Of a stretch of DNA of 64,000 nt, positions 1 through 10,215 are shown piece after piece. The notes beneath the pieces are model-generated. The model was not told the DNA's origin and ran no database searches. It saw only the letters and a program-made list of their open reading frames with translations. Source of the DNA: an uncultured Prochlorococcus sp. (GTDB lineage Bacteria; Cyanobacteriota; Cyanobacteriia; PCC-6307; Cyanobiaceae); the NCBI GenBank assembly GCA_902589115.1, contig CACIRS010000002.1:8186-72185 (forward strand), written 5' to 3'. Position numbers and translations under genes: made by a program. Numbering within the stretch: position 1 is the stretch's first letter; the number at the start of each line of letters is the position of its first letter.

Positions 1-63
1 TATTGAGGCTTGGTTGAAATTGGCGCAAGGAATTAACAACCCAAGTCGCACAAACTCTTCACA

Positions 64-1023
64 ATGAAAATGATGAGAGAAGCTAAAGACGCAAGAGCTC
101 GAGTAAGAGTTATAGCTCCAGCGAAAATTAACTTGCATTTGGAAGTATTGGGGCTAAGAGATGATGGTTTTCATGAATTGGCAATGGTTATGCAAAGTAT
201 TGAGCTTGTTGATTACCTTGAGATCACTAACTCTTCTAATGGATTAATAAATTTAAGTTGTAATGATCCATTACTTGATACTGATTCTAATAATTTGATT
301 TATAAGGCAGCGGAGCTATTGCGACTTCGATCTGGGTTTGATGAGCTTGGAACAACAATTCATCTTGAGAAGAATATTCCAATTGGAGCTGGCCTGGCGG
401 GGGGATCTAGTAATGGAGCAGCGACTTTGGTAGGCCTTAATTATTTATGGGGTCTTGGATTCTCAGATAAAGAATTGGAGGAATTGTCGGCAGAACTGGG
501 CTCGGATATGCCATTTTGTTTAGCAGGAGGAACACAACTGTGTTTTGGACGAGGTGAGCGTTTAGAGCAAGTGAAGAATGCAAACTCTTCTATTGCTGTT
601 TTGCTTGTCAAGGATCCATCCAAAAGCGTTTCAACTCCTTGGGCTTATAGCCAGAGTAGAGAAAAGTATGGAGAGAAATATTTGAAAACAGAGTCAGAGT
701 TTGAAATTCGCAGAAAAATTCTTAAAGATGAATCTTGGTTGTATTCAATGTCTCAGGAAAATCCTCCTCCATTAAAGAATGATCTTCAAAAGGTTGTTGC
801 TCCGATAACGCCTGCTGTGCAAAATGCTTTAGAGATTTTGCAAATGATTCCAGAAACGCTTTCAGTAGCAATGAGTGGATCTGGACCTAGTTGCTTTGCA
901 CTTTTTTCAGATATGAATGCAGCTCAAAAAGCTATGGATCAAAACTTAAATTCTTTTACGCAGGCGGGTTTGGATAGTTGGTGTTGTTCTTTTCGGACAA
1001 ATGGGGTGGCTTTGGAACTATGA
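64..1023 (+). CDS. ispE: 4-diphosphocytidyl-2-C-methyl-D-erythritol kinase (MEP pathway)
   Basis: 319-aa ORF. N-terminal [16 protein letters not shown] and GHMP-kinase loop [15 protein letters not shown]. Confidence 0.9.
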   Translation: MKMMREAKDARARVRVIAPAKINLHLEVLGLRDDGFHELAMVMQSIELVDYLEITNSSNGLINLSCNDPLLDTDSNNLIYKAAELLRLRSGFDELGTTIHLEKNIPIGAGLAGGSSNGAATLVGLNYLWGLGFSDKELEELSAELGSDMPFCLAGGTQLCFGRGERLEQVKNANSSIAVLLVKDPSKSVSTPWAYSQSREKYGEKYLKTESEFEIRRKILKDESWLYSMSQENPPPLKNDLQKVVAPITPAVQNALEILQMIPETLSVAMSGSGPSCFALFSDMNAAQKAMDQNLNSFTQAGLDSWCCSFRTNGVALEL

Positions 1024-1379
1024 CAAGTTCTAAAAAAGAATCTGATCAGAGTAATGAGCAATCAAAGTTGCTATCCGATTCTGAGCCTGAGACGGATCCT
1101 TCATCAGTTAAAGGTCCATTGAGCTTCCTCTCTGGTGCTTTAACCAGTGTGGTTTTAGCTGTGCTTTGCTGGAGGATCAGCAAGAGCTTGGTGGTTTATT
1201 TCACTTTGCATTCTCTTTCTTACAGCTCTCCCATTGCGCAAAATATTGCGTCAGGGTTTAAAACCTTAATAATAGGTATTTCTTTTTTGGCAACATTTTC
1301 ATTTTCTTTTATTGGCTTAGGATTGACGCTAGTGTTTTTTCGCAGTTTATTTGATGGCAAAACTAAAGAATCCACTTAA
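1020..1379 (+). CDS. small conserved membrane protein (DUF3082-like, acidic N-tail plus two hydrophobic helices)
   Basis: ATG at 1020 forms an ATGA overlap with the ispE stop (1021-1023). The ORF-track start at 978 lies inside ispE. Hydrophobic segments [18 protein letters not shown] and [25 protein letters not shown]. Confidence 0.6.
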   Translation: MTSSKKESDQSNEQSKLLSDSEPETDPSSVKGPLSFLSGALTSVVLAVLCWRISKSLVVYFTLHSLSYSSPIAQNIASGFKTLIIGISFLATFSFSFIGLGLTLVFFRSLFDGKTKEST

Positions 1380-1578
1380 TGTTTAAGGAATCTTTCATTG
1401 AGTTTTTGCCTCTCATTTAATTCCATGAATCTTCATGATTTTGGTTTGTTGGTCCTTCTCCTAAGTCCTGGCATGCTGCTTTCAATATTGCTATTGACCA
1501 CTTTTGCCGCAGGCGGGTGAGCACAGGCTGAGATAGTTTGGATTATTAAACGGGTATTCCCGAAATTTAAATTCAGCC

Positions 1579-2562
1579 GTGGCAGGGACACTTCTTTTTA
1601 ATGCTCTTCGCGAAGCCATCGATGAAGAGATGGCTAAAGATCCTCATGTATGTGTAATGGGTGAGGATGTTGGTCAGTATGGAGGCTCTTATAAGGTCAC
1701 CAAAGATCTTTATGAAAAATATGGAGAGCTAAGAGTTCTCGATACACCGATTGCCGAGAACAGCTTTACAGGAATGGCTGTGGGAGCAGCGATGACGGGA
1801 TTGCGTCCAATAGTTGAAGGCATGAATATGGGCTTTTTGCTTCTTGCTTTCAATCAGATTTCTAACAATATGGGCATGCTTCGATATACCAGTGGTGGGA
1901 ATTACACAATTCCTACTGTGGTTAGAGGGCCAGGAGGCGTAGGACGACAGTTAGGTGCGGAGCATAGCCAACGTCTAGAGGCATATTTTCATGCTGTACC
2001 TGGCATAAAAATTGTTGCTTGTAGTACACCAACAAATGCGAAGGGTTTAATGAAGGCAGCAATAAGAGATGACAATCCAGTCCTTTTCTTTGAACATGTC
2101 CTTTTGTATAACTTAAGTGAGGAACTACCTGATGGTGATTATGTATGTGCTTTAGATCAAGCTGATCTCGTTCGGGAAGGTAAAGATGTGACCATTCTCA
2201 CTTATTCAAGAATGCGTCATCATTGTCTTAAAGCAGTTGATCTATTGGAATCAGAGGGAATTGATTCTGAACTGATTGATTTGATAAGTCTAAAACCCTT
2301 TGATATGGATACAATAACTCGTTCAATTCGAAAAACTCATAGAGTGATTATTGTTGAGGAGTGCATGAAGACTGGTGGAATTGGAGCTGAATTAATTGCT
2401 TTGATTAATGAAGAATGTTTTGATGAGCTTGATTCCAGACCTGTAAGGCTTTCTAGCCAAGATATTCCTACTCCTTATAATGGTCAGCTAGAAAATCTAA
2501 CAATTATTCAACCTCATCAGATTGTTGAAACTGCTAAAAACATTGTTAAAAAAGGTCTCTGA
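1579..2562 (+). CDS. pdhB: pyruvate dehydrogenase E1 component beta subunit
   Basis: 327 aa with GTG start. [32 protein letters not shown] and [12 protein letters not shown] are typical of transketolase-like E1-beta. Confidence 0.9.
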   Translation: MAGTLLFNALREAIDEEMAKDPHVCVMGEDVGQYGGSYKVTKDLYEKYGELRVLDTPIAENSFTGMAVGAAMTGLRPIVEGMNMGFLLLAFNQISNNMGMLRYTSGGNYTIPTVVRGPGGVGRQLGAEHSQRLEAYFHAVPGIKIVACSTPTNAKGLMKAAIRDDNPVLFFEHVLLYNLSEELPDGDYVCALDQADLVREGKDVTILTYSRMRHHCLKAVDLLESEGIDSELIDLISLKPFDMDTITRSIRKTHRVIIVEECMKTGGIGAELIALINEECFDELDSRPVRLSSQDIPTPYNGQLENLTIIQPHQIVETAKNIVKKGL

Positions 2563-2565
2563 TTT

Positions 2566-4050
2566 ATGGCACGTCCTCAAGGTTGGTTTGCCTTGATTCT
2601 AGCGCTAGCAATTGCAGCAACTGCAGTTTGTATAAACTTTCCGCTTCAATTGGGTTTAGACTTAAGGGGTGGTAGTCAACTTACTCTTCAAGTTCAACCA
2701 ACTTCTGAAATTCAGAATATAAAAGCAGATGATGTTGAGGCTGTTAAAGCAGTTCTTGATAAACGAGTAAATGGATTAGGGGTATCAGAGTCTTCTCTTC
2801 GAACGATTGGACTTGATCAACTCCTTTTGGAATTACCAGGAGAACAAGACCCATCCCGAGCAGCAAAAGTATTAGGAGAAACGGCACTTTTGGAGTTCAG
2901 AGCTCAGAAAAAAGGTACGGAAAAAGAGATGCAGAATTTAAAACAAATTCGAACACAGGTAAGAAATATTTTAAATATTAAAGATATTTCTAGTAACGAT
3001 GAAAATGAGATTAGAAACTTTGAATTAGACAAACAATTGCTTTCTTCCGTACAAAAACAGTTGGGATTAAGTGTGGGAGTAGGTAATGAGATTGATCAAT
3101 TACAAAAGATTGAAGAAAAAGTTGATAAGGAAATTGTTTCGCTATTTGAACCTGCTTATTTAACAGGAAAAGATTTAATCACAGCAGGTAGGCAACAGGA
3201 ACAAAATTTATCTGGTTGGGAAGTAACTCTTTCTTTTAATCAAGAAGGAGGCAAAAAATTTGCGGAGCTAACTCAGTCGATTGCAGGTACTAGGAGATTG
3301 CTTGGAATTGTTTTAGATGGAATATCTATAAGTGAGGCTACTGTCGGCGATCAGTTTGCGACAGCAGGTATAACAGGTGGTGCAGCAACAATTAGCGGCA
3401 ACTTTTCGGCCGAGGATGCTAGAGATTTAGAAGTTCAATTACGCGGTGGGTCCCTTCCCTTTCCGGTAAAAACAATCGAAGTAAGGACTATTGGACCAAC
3501 CCTTGGAGCAGAAAATATACAGCGAAGTCTTGTATCTTCTTTATCTGGTTTGTTTTTAGTTGCAGTATTTATGCTAATTATTTATCGATTAGCAGGACTT
3601 GTAGCCGTTTTTTCATTAACTTTATATGCTTTATTTAATATATCTATTTATGCACTCCTTCCTGTAACCTTAACGCTACCAGGTATAGCAGGCTTTATCT
3701 TAAGTGTTGGGATGGCAGTAGATGCAAATGTTCTTATATTTGAGCGTTTGAAAGATGAGCTTAGATCTGGGAATACGTTAATTCGATCTATTGAAACTGG
3801 TTTCTCTAGAGCTTTCTCGTCAATTCTAGATGGTCACCTAACAACACTAATTAGTTGCACAGCACTTTTCTTTCTCGGTACAGGACTAGTTAAAGGATTT
3901 GCCGCTACATTAGGAATAGGTGTTTTAATCAGTTTATTTACAGCACTTACTTGCACCCGAACTTTATTGAAATTTCTTATGGGTTACCAGGCACTAAGAA
4001 GGCCTACAAATTTTTTGCCTGCTAGGCAATTGCCATCAATTCCTGGTTAA
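2566..4050 (+). CDS. secD: protein translocase subunit SecD
   Basis: 494 aa. LGLDLRGGSQL, IGPTLGAENI and a C-terminal 6-TM block with VDANVLIFERLKDE. Confidence 0.9.
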   Translation: MARPQGWFALILALAIAATAVCINFPLQLGLDLRGGSQLTLQVQPTSEIQNIKADDVEAVKAVLDKRVNGLGVSESSLRTIGLDQLLLELPGEQDPSRAAKVLGETALLEFRAQKKGTEKEMQNLKQIRTQVRNILNIKDISSNDENEIRNFELDKQLLSSVQKQLGLSVGVGNEIDQLQKIEEKVDKEIVSLFEPAYLTGKDLITAGRQQEQNLSGWEVTLSFNQEGGKKFAELTQSIAGTRRLLGIVLDGISISEATVGDQFATAGITGGAATISGNFSAEDARDLEVQLRGGSLPFPVKTIEVRTIGPTLGAENIQRSLVSSLSGLFLVAVFMLIIYRLAGLVAVFSLTLYALFNISIYALLPVTLTLPGIAGFILSVGMAVDANVLIFERLKDELRSGNTLIRSIETGFSRAFSSILDGHLTTLISCTALFFLGTGLVKGFAATLGIGVLISLFTALTCTRTLLKFLMGYQALRRPTNFLPARQLPSIPG

Positions 4051-4054
4051 AAAT

Positions 4055-5050
4055 ATGAACAACGAATATCCCTATATAAATAAATCGGGCCTAAGGATAC
4101 AGCTTTGCAAAAGGCGAAAGACAATATGGCTTTTATCAATAACTGCAGTTTGTTTGAGTCTGATTGGAATAGCTTTATGTTGGCTAAATCCTAATATCCG
4201 AGCTCCTCTTGTGCCTGGCTTAGATTTTACTGGGGGCACACAAATACAGTTGGAAAGAAATTGTGTTAGTGAATGTAATTCACTAAACCTTTCAATTGTT
4301 AACGATAATCTCTCTACATTGAAATTACCTATTGAAGAAGGAAGAAAGACTCCAAGCCTTTCAGGTGTAAGAGTTCAGTTATTAGATGATTCAAAACTAT
4401 TACTAATTAGATTGCCATTCCTATCTATTAATCAAAGTAATTCAGTCATTGAATCTATAAATAAAATTGCTGGACCATTTATAAAAAGTTCTACATCAAT
4501 TGAGACCATTGGACCGAGTTTAGGAGGGCAACTTCTTAAAAGCAGTTTGATATCATTATTAGTTGCATTTGCTGGAATAGCTGCCTATATAAGTTTTAGA
4601 TACGATAGGCGATATGCCTTCTTGGCATTAATAGCAGTTATACATGATGTAATTATTGTATGTGGTTTATTTGCATGGTTAGGCTTGTATTGGTCGATCG
4701 AGGTAAATAGCTTATTCGCTGTAGCTCTTCTTACTATTGCTGGTTATTCTGTTAATGATACTGTAGTTGTATTTGATAGAATTAGAGAAAGAAGTTTGAA
4801 AGAATCAAAACTTAAACTAAGTGAGAAGATTGATATTGCAGTGAATTCAACATTAACTAGAACAATTTATACAAGCGGAACAACTCTTCTTCCATTAATA
4901 GCATTAATATTTTTTGGAGGATCTACTCTTTATTGGTTCGCAATTGCTTTGGCTTGTGGCGTGGTTGTAGGTAGCTGGTCAAGTATTGCTTTGGCACCTA
5001 CATTGCTTAGTTTGTGGGAATCAAAATCAATTCAGGATTCAAAAGTATAA
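4055..5050 (+). CDS. secF: protein translocase subunit SecF
   Basis: 331 aa, 4 nt after secD. GLDFTGGTQIQ, IGPSLGGQLL, YSVNDTVVVFDRIRE. Confidence 0.9.
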   Translation: MNNEYPYINKSGLRIQLCKRRKTIWLLSITAVCLSLIGIALCWLNPNIRAPLVPGLDFTGGTQIQLERNCVSECNSLNLSIVNDNLSTLKLPIEEGRKTPSLSGVRVQLLDDSKLLLIRLPFLSINQSNSVIESINKIAGPFIKSSTSIETIGPSLGGQLLKSSLISLLVAFAGIAAYISFRYDRRYAFLALIAVIHDVIIVCGLFAWLGLYWSIEVNSLFAVALLTIAGYSVNDTVVVFDRIRERSLKESKLKLSEKIDIAVNSTLTRTIYTSGTTLLPLIALIFFGGSTLYWFAIALACGVVVGSWSSIALAPTLLSLWESKSIQDSKV

Positions 5051-5278
5051 TTGACTAGATTTATATTTTTTCTATATAAAAAAATTTTAGATCGATGGAT
5101 TCCTTTAATTCTTGTATTTTTTTCAATATGGGATTTGAGAAATGAATTCCTTATACTTTTTGATAGCTTTACATATACAGCATTTCTATTTGCGATTGGT
5201 CACCATAAATTAGCTGTATTTACTCTTTTAGTTAGCCCTTCTTTGTTTAGAAGATACAATAGGCTTAATCTATTTTAG
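5051..5278 (+). CDS. hypothetical small membrane protein (TTG start immediately after the secF stop)
   Basis: 75-aa ORF, very hydrophobic and Phe/Leu-rich. No family recognised. Could be a chance ORF in AT-rich DNA. Confidence 0.3.
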   Translation: MTRFIFFLYKKILDRWIPLILVFFSIWDLRNEFLILFDSFTYTAFLFAIGHHKLAVFTLLVSPSLFRRYNRLNLF

Positions 5279-5303
5279 TAAATAATATTTTGACTGAGTT
5301 ATC

Positions 5304-6305
5304 TTAAACCCATCTATCCATTACCTGAATTACTATAATTCTTTTAATTATTACTTGTAGCATTACAGCTAGAGGAAGGGCTAGTAATACTCCTGGTAGG
5401 CCTAATAAAACACCCAAGCTGAGTTGAGATGTCAAAGCAAATGTTGGAAGTAAGTTTACTGTTTTTCTTAGCAAGATAGGAGTTAATATCAACGCTTCAA
5501 GGTTCTGTAAAACTATTCGAAGAATAAGAACTTCAACCATTAGAGCTGGAGAGATTAACAAAGAAATGGCTATAGGAAGAACACTTGCTGCGCTAGGTCC
5601 TATCGTTGGAATGAATGTAAGAACTCCACAGACAAGTGCACTTAAAAGGGCTAAAGGTACTTTCAAAAAATGCAAGCCCAACCATGTAAGTGCAAAAACA
5701 CTTGTTGCTGAAATTGTCATCCCAGTTAGCCATCCTCCAAGTGCTATCCGGCATTGATGAAAAAGTTTATTGATTTCTTCTCTATAAGGTTTTGGTGATA
5801 TCATGATTATCATCTCTCTATGTGATTTAGGGTCTAAAACTAAAAGTATTGCCAGTAGTATCATAAGAACTAATTGTAATAATATATTTACAGCACCACC
5901 AGCTAAGCCTAATAATTGGCTGCCAATTGGTTGTATCTTTTCCCAGTTAAATTGTTCAGAAAGCGATGCTTGAAGATCATTTAACCTTGGCTGATTAGAA
6001 ATTATTGCATTTATTTTTAAATTTAAGGTTGGTATAATCTCTCCAAGTTCTTTTATCTGGTCTAAAAGCTCTGGGGCTAATTTAATAAAAAGAAATGACC
6101 CAACTGACGAAAGGAATATAAGTATTAGTATTAAACAAATCTGTCTTGGTAAATAGACATATTTTTGCAGGTTAACTATTAGTACATCTATAGCAACAGC
6201 TATTACTATTGCTCCGAGCAATACCATTATTACCCAGCGAAGTTGCCATGTTAAAATTGCCAGAACTACAAGAGTTAATATTGTTAGAAGTCCTTTACTG
6301 TTCAT
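5304..6305 (-). CDS. AI-2E family (PerM-like) permease, paralog 2
   Basis: Multi-TM ORF with an IPTIGPSAAS...LQNLEALILTPILL type C-terminal core. The first ATG (6305) makes an ATGA overlap with the upstream paralog's stop. The ORF-track start at 6329 is TTG. Confidence 0.8.
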   Translation of the reverse strand: MNSKGLLTILTLVVLAILTWQLRWVIMVLLGAIVIAVAIDVLIVNLQKYVYLPRQICLILILIFLSSVGSFLFIKLAPELLDQIKELGEIIPTLNLKINAIISNQPRLNDLQASLSEQFNWEKIQPIGSQLLGLAGGAVNILLQLVLMILLAILLVLDPKSHREMIIMISPKPYREEINKLFHQCRIALGGWLTGMTISATSVFALTWLGLHFLKVPLALLSALVCGVLTFIPTIGPSAASVLPIAISLLISPALMVEVLILRIVLQNLEALILTPILLRKTVNLLPTFALTSQLSLGVLLGLPGVLLALPLAVMLQVIIKRIIVIQVMDRWV

Positions 6306-7387
6306 AAGGCTAATTTCTTTCTCTTCCAATTATCTAGTAAATCATGTATTACAATTTCTCTTATTAGTACTTGTATTATTACAGCAAGAGGCAATGCTAA
6401 CAGAAGTCCAATTGGACCAAATATGATTGTGAAAGCAAATTGGGCTGACAAGGTTAAACCTGGAAGTAATTTTACTCTTTGTTGCATTATCGAAGGAGTT
6501 ATTATATAACTTTCAAGATTTTGAATAAATATATACATTCCAAGTACGGCTAAAGCTTTCCATTGTGTGTCTAAAAGTGCTACTGATATAGGAAATATTG
6601 TGCTAATAGCAGGACCTAAATTAGGGATTATATTAAGCAAACCAGCTAATAAAGCATTTGCAATTACAAGCTTAACTCCTAGTATTGAAAGTCCAATCCC
6701 AGCTAATAATGCTACGCAAAATGAGCTAATAATCATTCCTGTCATCCACTCGCTTATTGATTCTCCACATAGTTCAATAATTACTCTCCCTCGCTTTCTG
6801 TAGAATGAGGGTAATAGCATTATTCCAACTTCTCGATAAGAATTTGGCTGTATAGAAATCATAATTCCTATAACCAATACGAAGCATAATTGTATTAACC
6901 CATTCCCAAGATTACCCGCTAAATCTATCAATTTTTTTATACCATCAGCAACTCCATTCGCTAGGGTCGTTCCGTCTGGTAATGCGGTAAATTCATTGAG
7001 TATTATTTTTTGATCCCATCTATTATCTTGACTATTTCCATAAACAATATCAGGAATATTATCTATACTCTTAATTCCTATTTCCCAAAGAGCTCTTGCG
7101 GCTTTAGGTAATTGGATGATTAGTTCTTGAAATTCTTTTGTGAATGGAGGGATGACGACTGCTATTACTAGAGAAAATATAAGAAAAAGAATTGAAAGTA
7201 CAATTATTAATGCAAGACTCCTAGGCATTGCTTGTAATTTGAGCAATTTATTTACAAGAGTGCATAAAGCAATTGAAATTACAATCCCAGCAAATATTAA
7301 AATTATTATCTCTCTTAAGCTCCAAAGAAGAACACCCGTTGCCAGAAGAGATAGGAGAGCAAGCCAGTGAGAGAATTTCATATTCAT
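6302..7387 (-). CDS. AI-2E family (PerM-like) permease, paralog 1
   Basis: 361 aa, multi-TM. IPNLGPAISTIFPI...IQNLESYIITPSIMQQRVKLLP is typical of the AI-2E/UPF0118 family. Confidence 0.8.
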   Translation of the reverse strand: MNMKFSHWLALLSLLATGVLLWSLREIIILIFAGIVISIALCTLVNKLLKLQAMPRSLALIIVLSILFLIFSLVIAVVIPPFTKEFQELIIQLPKAARALWEIGIKSIDNIPDIVYGNSQDNRWDQKIILNEFTALPDGTTLANGVADGIKKLIDLAGNLGNGLIQLCFVLVIGIMISIQPNSYREVGIMLLPSFYRKRGRVIIELCGESISEWMTGMIISSFCVALLAGIGLSILGVKLVIANALLAGLLNIIPNLGPAISTIFPISVALLDTQWKALAVLGMYIFIQNLESYIITPSIMQQRVKLLPGLTLSAQFAFTIIFGPIGLLLALPLAVIIQVLIREIVIHDLLDNWKRKKLAL

Positions 7388-7419
7388 TCTCCCTATTTAA
7401 TTATTAATCTTCATTGGAC

Positions 7420-7773
7420 CTATTTGTCTGTATAGCTCATTCCATGGCCTTTAGCATATCTTTTCGCAAATCTCATAAAACGTTCAAAATCCTGCTCAGT
7501 TTTCCAGATGTAAATGGCTTCTAACGCATTAGGTTTCCCATTTACAAAACGCGCATTCACTTCCCTGGTAACAAGTTCGCCTTCTTCATCAATTAAAAAC
7601 ATGCCTTTTATTTCTCCCATTTGTTCTGCCGTTAGAGCTTTTGGCTGCTCAAAAATAAATAGTGCTCTACCAGTTCTTCCATCTTTACTTCTTGATAGGC
7701 GTATTTCTGGTATTACTGTTTCATCAATTCCTTTTAAAAATTGAATAGTCGCAGTTGGTTTGTTTTGGGTCAT
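7420..7773 (-). CDS. psb28: photosystem II assembly protein Psb28
   Basis: 117 aa. [35 protein letters not shown] is a characteristic Psb28 N-terminus. Confidence 0.9.
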   Translation of the reverse strand: MTQNKPTATIQFLKGIDETVIPEIRLSRSKDGRTGRALFIFEQPKALTAEQMGEIKGMFLIDEEGELVTREVNARFVNGKPNALEAIYIWKTEQDFERFMRFAKRYAKGHGMSYTDK

Positions 7774-7831
7774 GGATCTCTACGACTAAAATTGGATACT
7801 AGTTGGAAGATAATGAGACTGTGGATACATC

Positions 7832-8896
7832 TTATTCAATAAGGCCAGCCTTTAGAAGTTTTTCAAGAGATTGTTTTGTGGAGAGTCCTGTTAAATCCTC
7901 AGTTTGTCTATTTGGCTTTTTGTTTAATTCATGGTCATAACATCGATCGTAATAATCCAGAATGACTTCGCAAGCTTCAGCCCAGTTATGAGATTTAATT
8001 GCCTTCAGTGCCAGAGTTGTCCTTTGAGGGCCGAGCCTCCGATTGATTCGGTCAGTAGCTTCAGTTAAGGCTTCACAACTATGGACCCCGTATACCTCCA
8101 CTAATTGCTGCACTCTTTCTTTTTTAGAACGACAGATTTCTAGTAATGGAGCTGTTTTCATTTGATTGAATAGTCCGCTTGGTATTCGACATTTACCTAG
8201 ATTGGAACTCTCAGCTTCTATCCAAATCTGGTTGGAGCCTAATTTTAGGAATTTTTCAAGATCTTCTGCTATCAAATTTTCATAATGCTCGGTAGTTGGT
8301 TGATCAGGAAGTCCAAGAGCACCGAAACTACTTCCTCTGTGGTTTGCAAGACCCTCTAGGTCAATCACTGATCTGCCTGATGAGGTGAATTCTTTTAGGA
8401 GATCGGTTTTCCCTGTACCTGTCCTTCCTCCTAATAATTGCAGTGGCCATTTGATGTTGAATTGATCTAAAACCCATTTGCGATAGCTTTTATAGCCTTC
8501 TCTCAAGACAATGCTTTTGAGACCATTTAATTCAGCAAGCCAAGCAACGCTAGCTGATCTCATTCCTCCTCTCCAGCAATAAATCCTTAAGCAACATGAA
8601 TTAGGCTCTTCTGATTTTTTAGCAAAGCTCTGAAGAGTGTTTTCAAGACTCTTTCCCAAAAGAAGAAGTTTGGAAGTTACATATTCAATTCCTTCTAAAA
8701 CGGCTTCATCACGACCTATCTTTTTGTATGTTGTCCCTATGCTTGCTCTTTCTAAATCATTGAAAAGTGGGACATTAACCGCGCCTGGCCAATGCCCCTT
8801 TTTGAATTCGGCTGGACTACGAACATCTACTACAGGGCCAGAGAATTTACGAAATTCTCTGGTCGGTAAGTGAGTTTGTAAACCAGTGCCTGACAT
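7832..8896 (-). CDS. selU: tRNA 2-selenouridine synthase (rhodanese plus P-loop)
   Basis: Rhodanese active-site loop YCWRGGMRS and Walker A GGRTGTGKT. The first ATG (8896) gives an N-terminus of the same length as E. coli SelU. The ORF-track start at 8917 is TTG. Confidence 0.85.
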   Translation of the reverse strand: MSGTGLQTHLPTREFRKFSGPVVDVRSPAEFKKGHWPGAVNVPLFNDLERASIGTTYKKIGRDEAVLEGIEYVTSKLLLLGKSLENTLQSFAKKSEEPNSCCLRIYCWRGGMRSASVAWLAELNGLKSIVLREGYKSYRKWVLDQFNIKWPLQLLGGRTGTGKTDLLKEFTSSGRSVIDLEGLANHRGSSFGALGLPDQPTTEHYENLIAEDLEKFLKLGSNQIWIEAESSNLGKCRIPSGLFNQMKTAPLLEICRSKKERVQQLVEVYGVHSCEALTEATDRINRRLGPQRTTLALKAIKSHNWAEACEVILDYYDRCYDHELNKKPNRQTEDLTGLSTKQSLEKLLKAGLIE

Positions 8897-8936
8897 AGTG
8901 TGGCAACGATTGAGCAATTAAGGCTGCTAGCAATTT

Positions 8937-9653
8937 ATGCCTTCTGATTCTTCAAATTCAAATATCGCTTCTCTTGATGAGTTGTTAGAGAAATTCTGTA
9001 ATGGCTCTGACCGACAGAGGCGCAGCCTCCTGAAAACTTTGGAAACAATGTCTGAAGATATTGCAGCCAAAGGGAAGTCATGTCTTTCAAGTTTTGATCC
9101 GAATGAGGACGATTGGGCTGCAGGGTCAATACTTCAATTGATTTGTAGGAACCAACCTGATTCACTCACAAATTTCTACCCGGTTGATTCACCTGGTTGG
9201 TTTACCACTCCTTCTTTGATAGATATTGATTATTCAAATCTTCAGGGAGAACTAATAGCAGGAAATTATGAAAATGCAGATCGCATAACTAGTGCCTTTT
9301 TGAGGAAATTGGCAGGACCTGAAGCAGAAGCAAGAGGTTACGTTTATTTCAGTGAGGTTGAATCAATGTCAGGCGTTGATCTGGTGACTATAGATCGACT
9401 TTGGAATGCTTATTCACAAGCAAAGTTTGGTTTTACTAAACAAGCCAAGTTGCTAAATGCTTTGGACGGTCGTTATGACAAGCTATGGGTTCGAATAGGT
9501 TGGAAAAAAGATGGAATCTGGACTAGGTACCCTTCCTCATTTACTTGGTCTATTGAAGCTCCTGAAGGTCATATGCCTTTAGTTAATCAGCTTAGAGGGG
9601 TTAGGTTGATGGATGCGATTTTGAATCATCCTGCTCTAATCCAAAGACGATAA
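8937..9653 (+). CDS. GUN4-domain protein (Mg-chelatase regulator family, Ycf53-like)
   Basis: 238 aa. The C-terminal half (IDRLWNAYSQAKFGFTKQ...WVRIGWKK...YPSSFTW) matches the GUN4 porphyrin-binding domain. Confidence 0.8.
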   Translation: MPSDSSNSNIASLDELLEKFCNGSDRQRRSLLKTLETMSEDIAAKGKSCLSSFDPNEDDWAAGSILQLICRNQPDSLTNFYPVDSPGWFTTPSLIDIDYSNLQGELIAGNYENADRITSAFLRKLAGPEAEARGYVYFSEVESMSGVDLVTIDRLWNAYSQAKFGFTKQAKLLNALDGRYDKLWVRIGWKKDGIWTRYPSSFTWSIEAPEGHMPLVNQLRGVRLMDAILNHPALIQRR

Positions 9654-9714
9654 AAAATAGATCTTATTAGGTTCCTCCTCCAAATAAAGGCTATTTTTAG
9701 ATAGGGCTCTCATC

Positions 9715-10215
9715 ATGTATCTAATCAGCTCTATTCCTACTCTGAATAAAGTTCTAAAGAAAACTCTTTTTGGGTTTACTTCAATATTTGATTGGGCTGA
9801 TTTTTTTTATCCCTCAACTCTTAATATTTCTCCTTTAGTTGAAGAACTCCTTTCTCCAGTTGAAGACACTGATAACTTGAAACGGATTGAATTAGGATTA
9901 CATGAAGCATTAGTGAATTCAGTTCAGCATGGCAATTCTGGAGATCCCAGAAAGGAGCTCAGAGTAAGAAGAGTATTGACGCCAAATTGGTTTATTTGGC
10001 AGATACAGGATCAAGGAGATGGTTTACCAGAGATGAATAGAAAAGGAGAGTTACCAGAAAGATTGGACGCAGAAAATGGCCGAGGTTTATTTCTTATATA
10101 CCAATGTTTTGATGATATTCGTTGGAGTAGAAAAGGTAACCGATTGCAGTTAGCTTGTAGAAGAGAAGTTAATTCTTACGGTGAGGACAACCATAATCCT
10201 TTATTTCACGTTTGA
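9715..10215 (+). CDS. RsbW/PmgA-type anti-sigma regulatory factor (HATPase_c Ser/Thr kinase fold)
   Basis: N-box LHEALVNSVQHGN, G1 IQDQGDG, G2 ENGRGLFL. 166 aa. Confidence 0.7.
   Translation: MYLISSIPTLNKVLKKTLFGFTSIFDWADFFYPSTLNISPLVEELLSPVEDTDNLKRIELGLHEALVNSVQHGNSGDPRKELRVRRVLTPNWFIWQIQDQGDGLPEMNRKGELPERLDAENGRGLFLIYQCFDDIRWSRKGNRLQLACRREVNSYGEDNHNPLFHV

Noticed and set aside
1511-1560. TPP-riboswitch-like fragment (ggtgagcacaggCTGAGAtag) upstream of the thiamine-dependent pdhB
   Set aside because: Only the CUGAGA box is present. The rest of the THI-box consensus (ACCUGAUCUGGAUAAUGCCAGCG-type pyrimidine-sensor helix) is absent, and E1-beta is not a known riboswitch target.
9654-9714. 8-bp A/T-only inverted repeat (aaaaatag...ctattttt) after the GUN4 gene as a terminator
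   Set aside because: The stem is entirely A-T with a 30-nt loop, which is expected by chance in AT-rich DNA and thermodynamically negligible.
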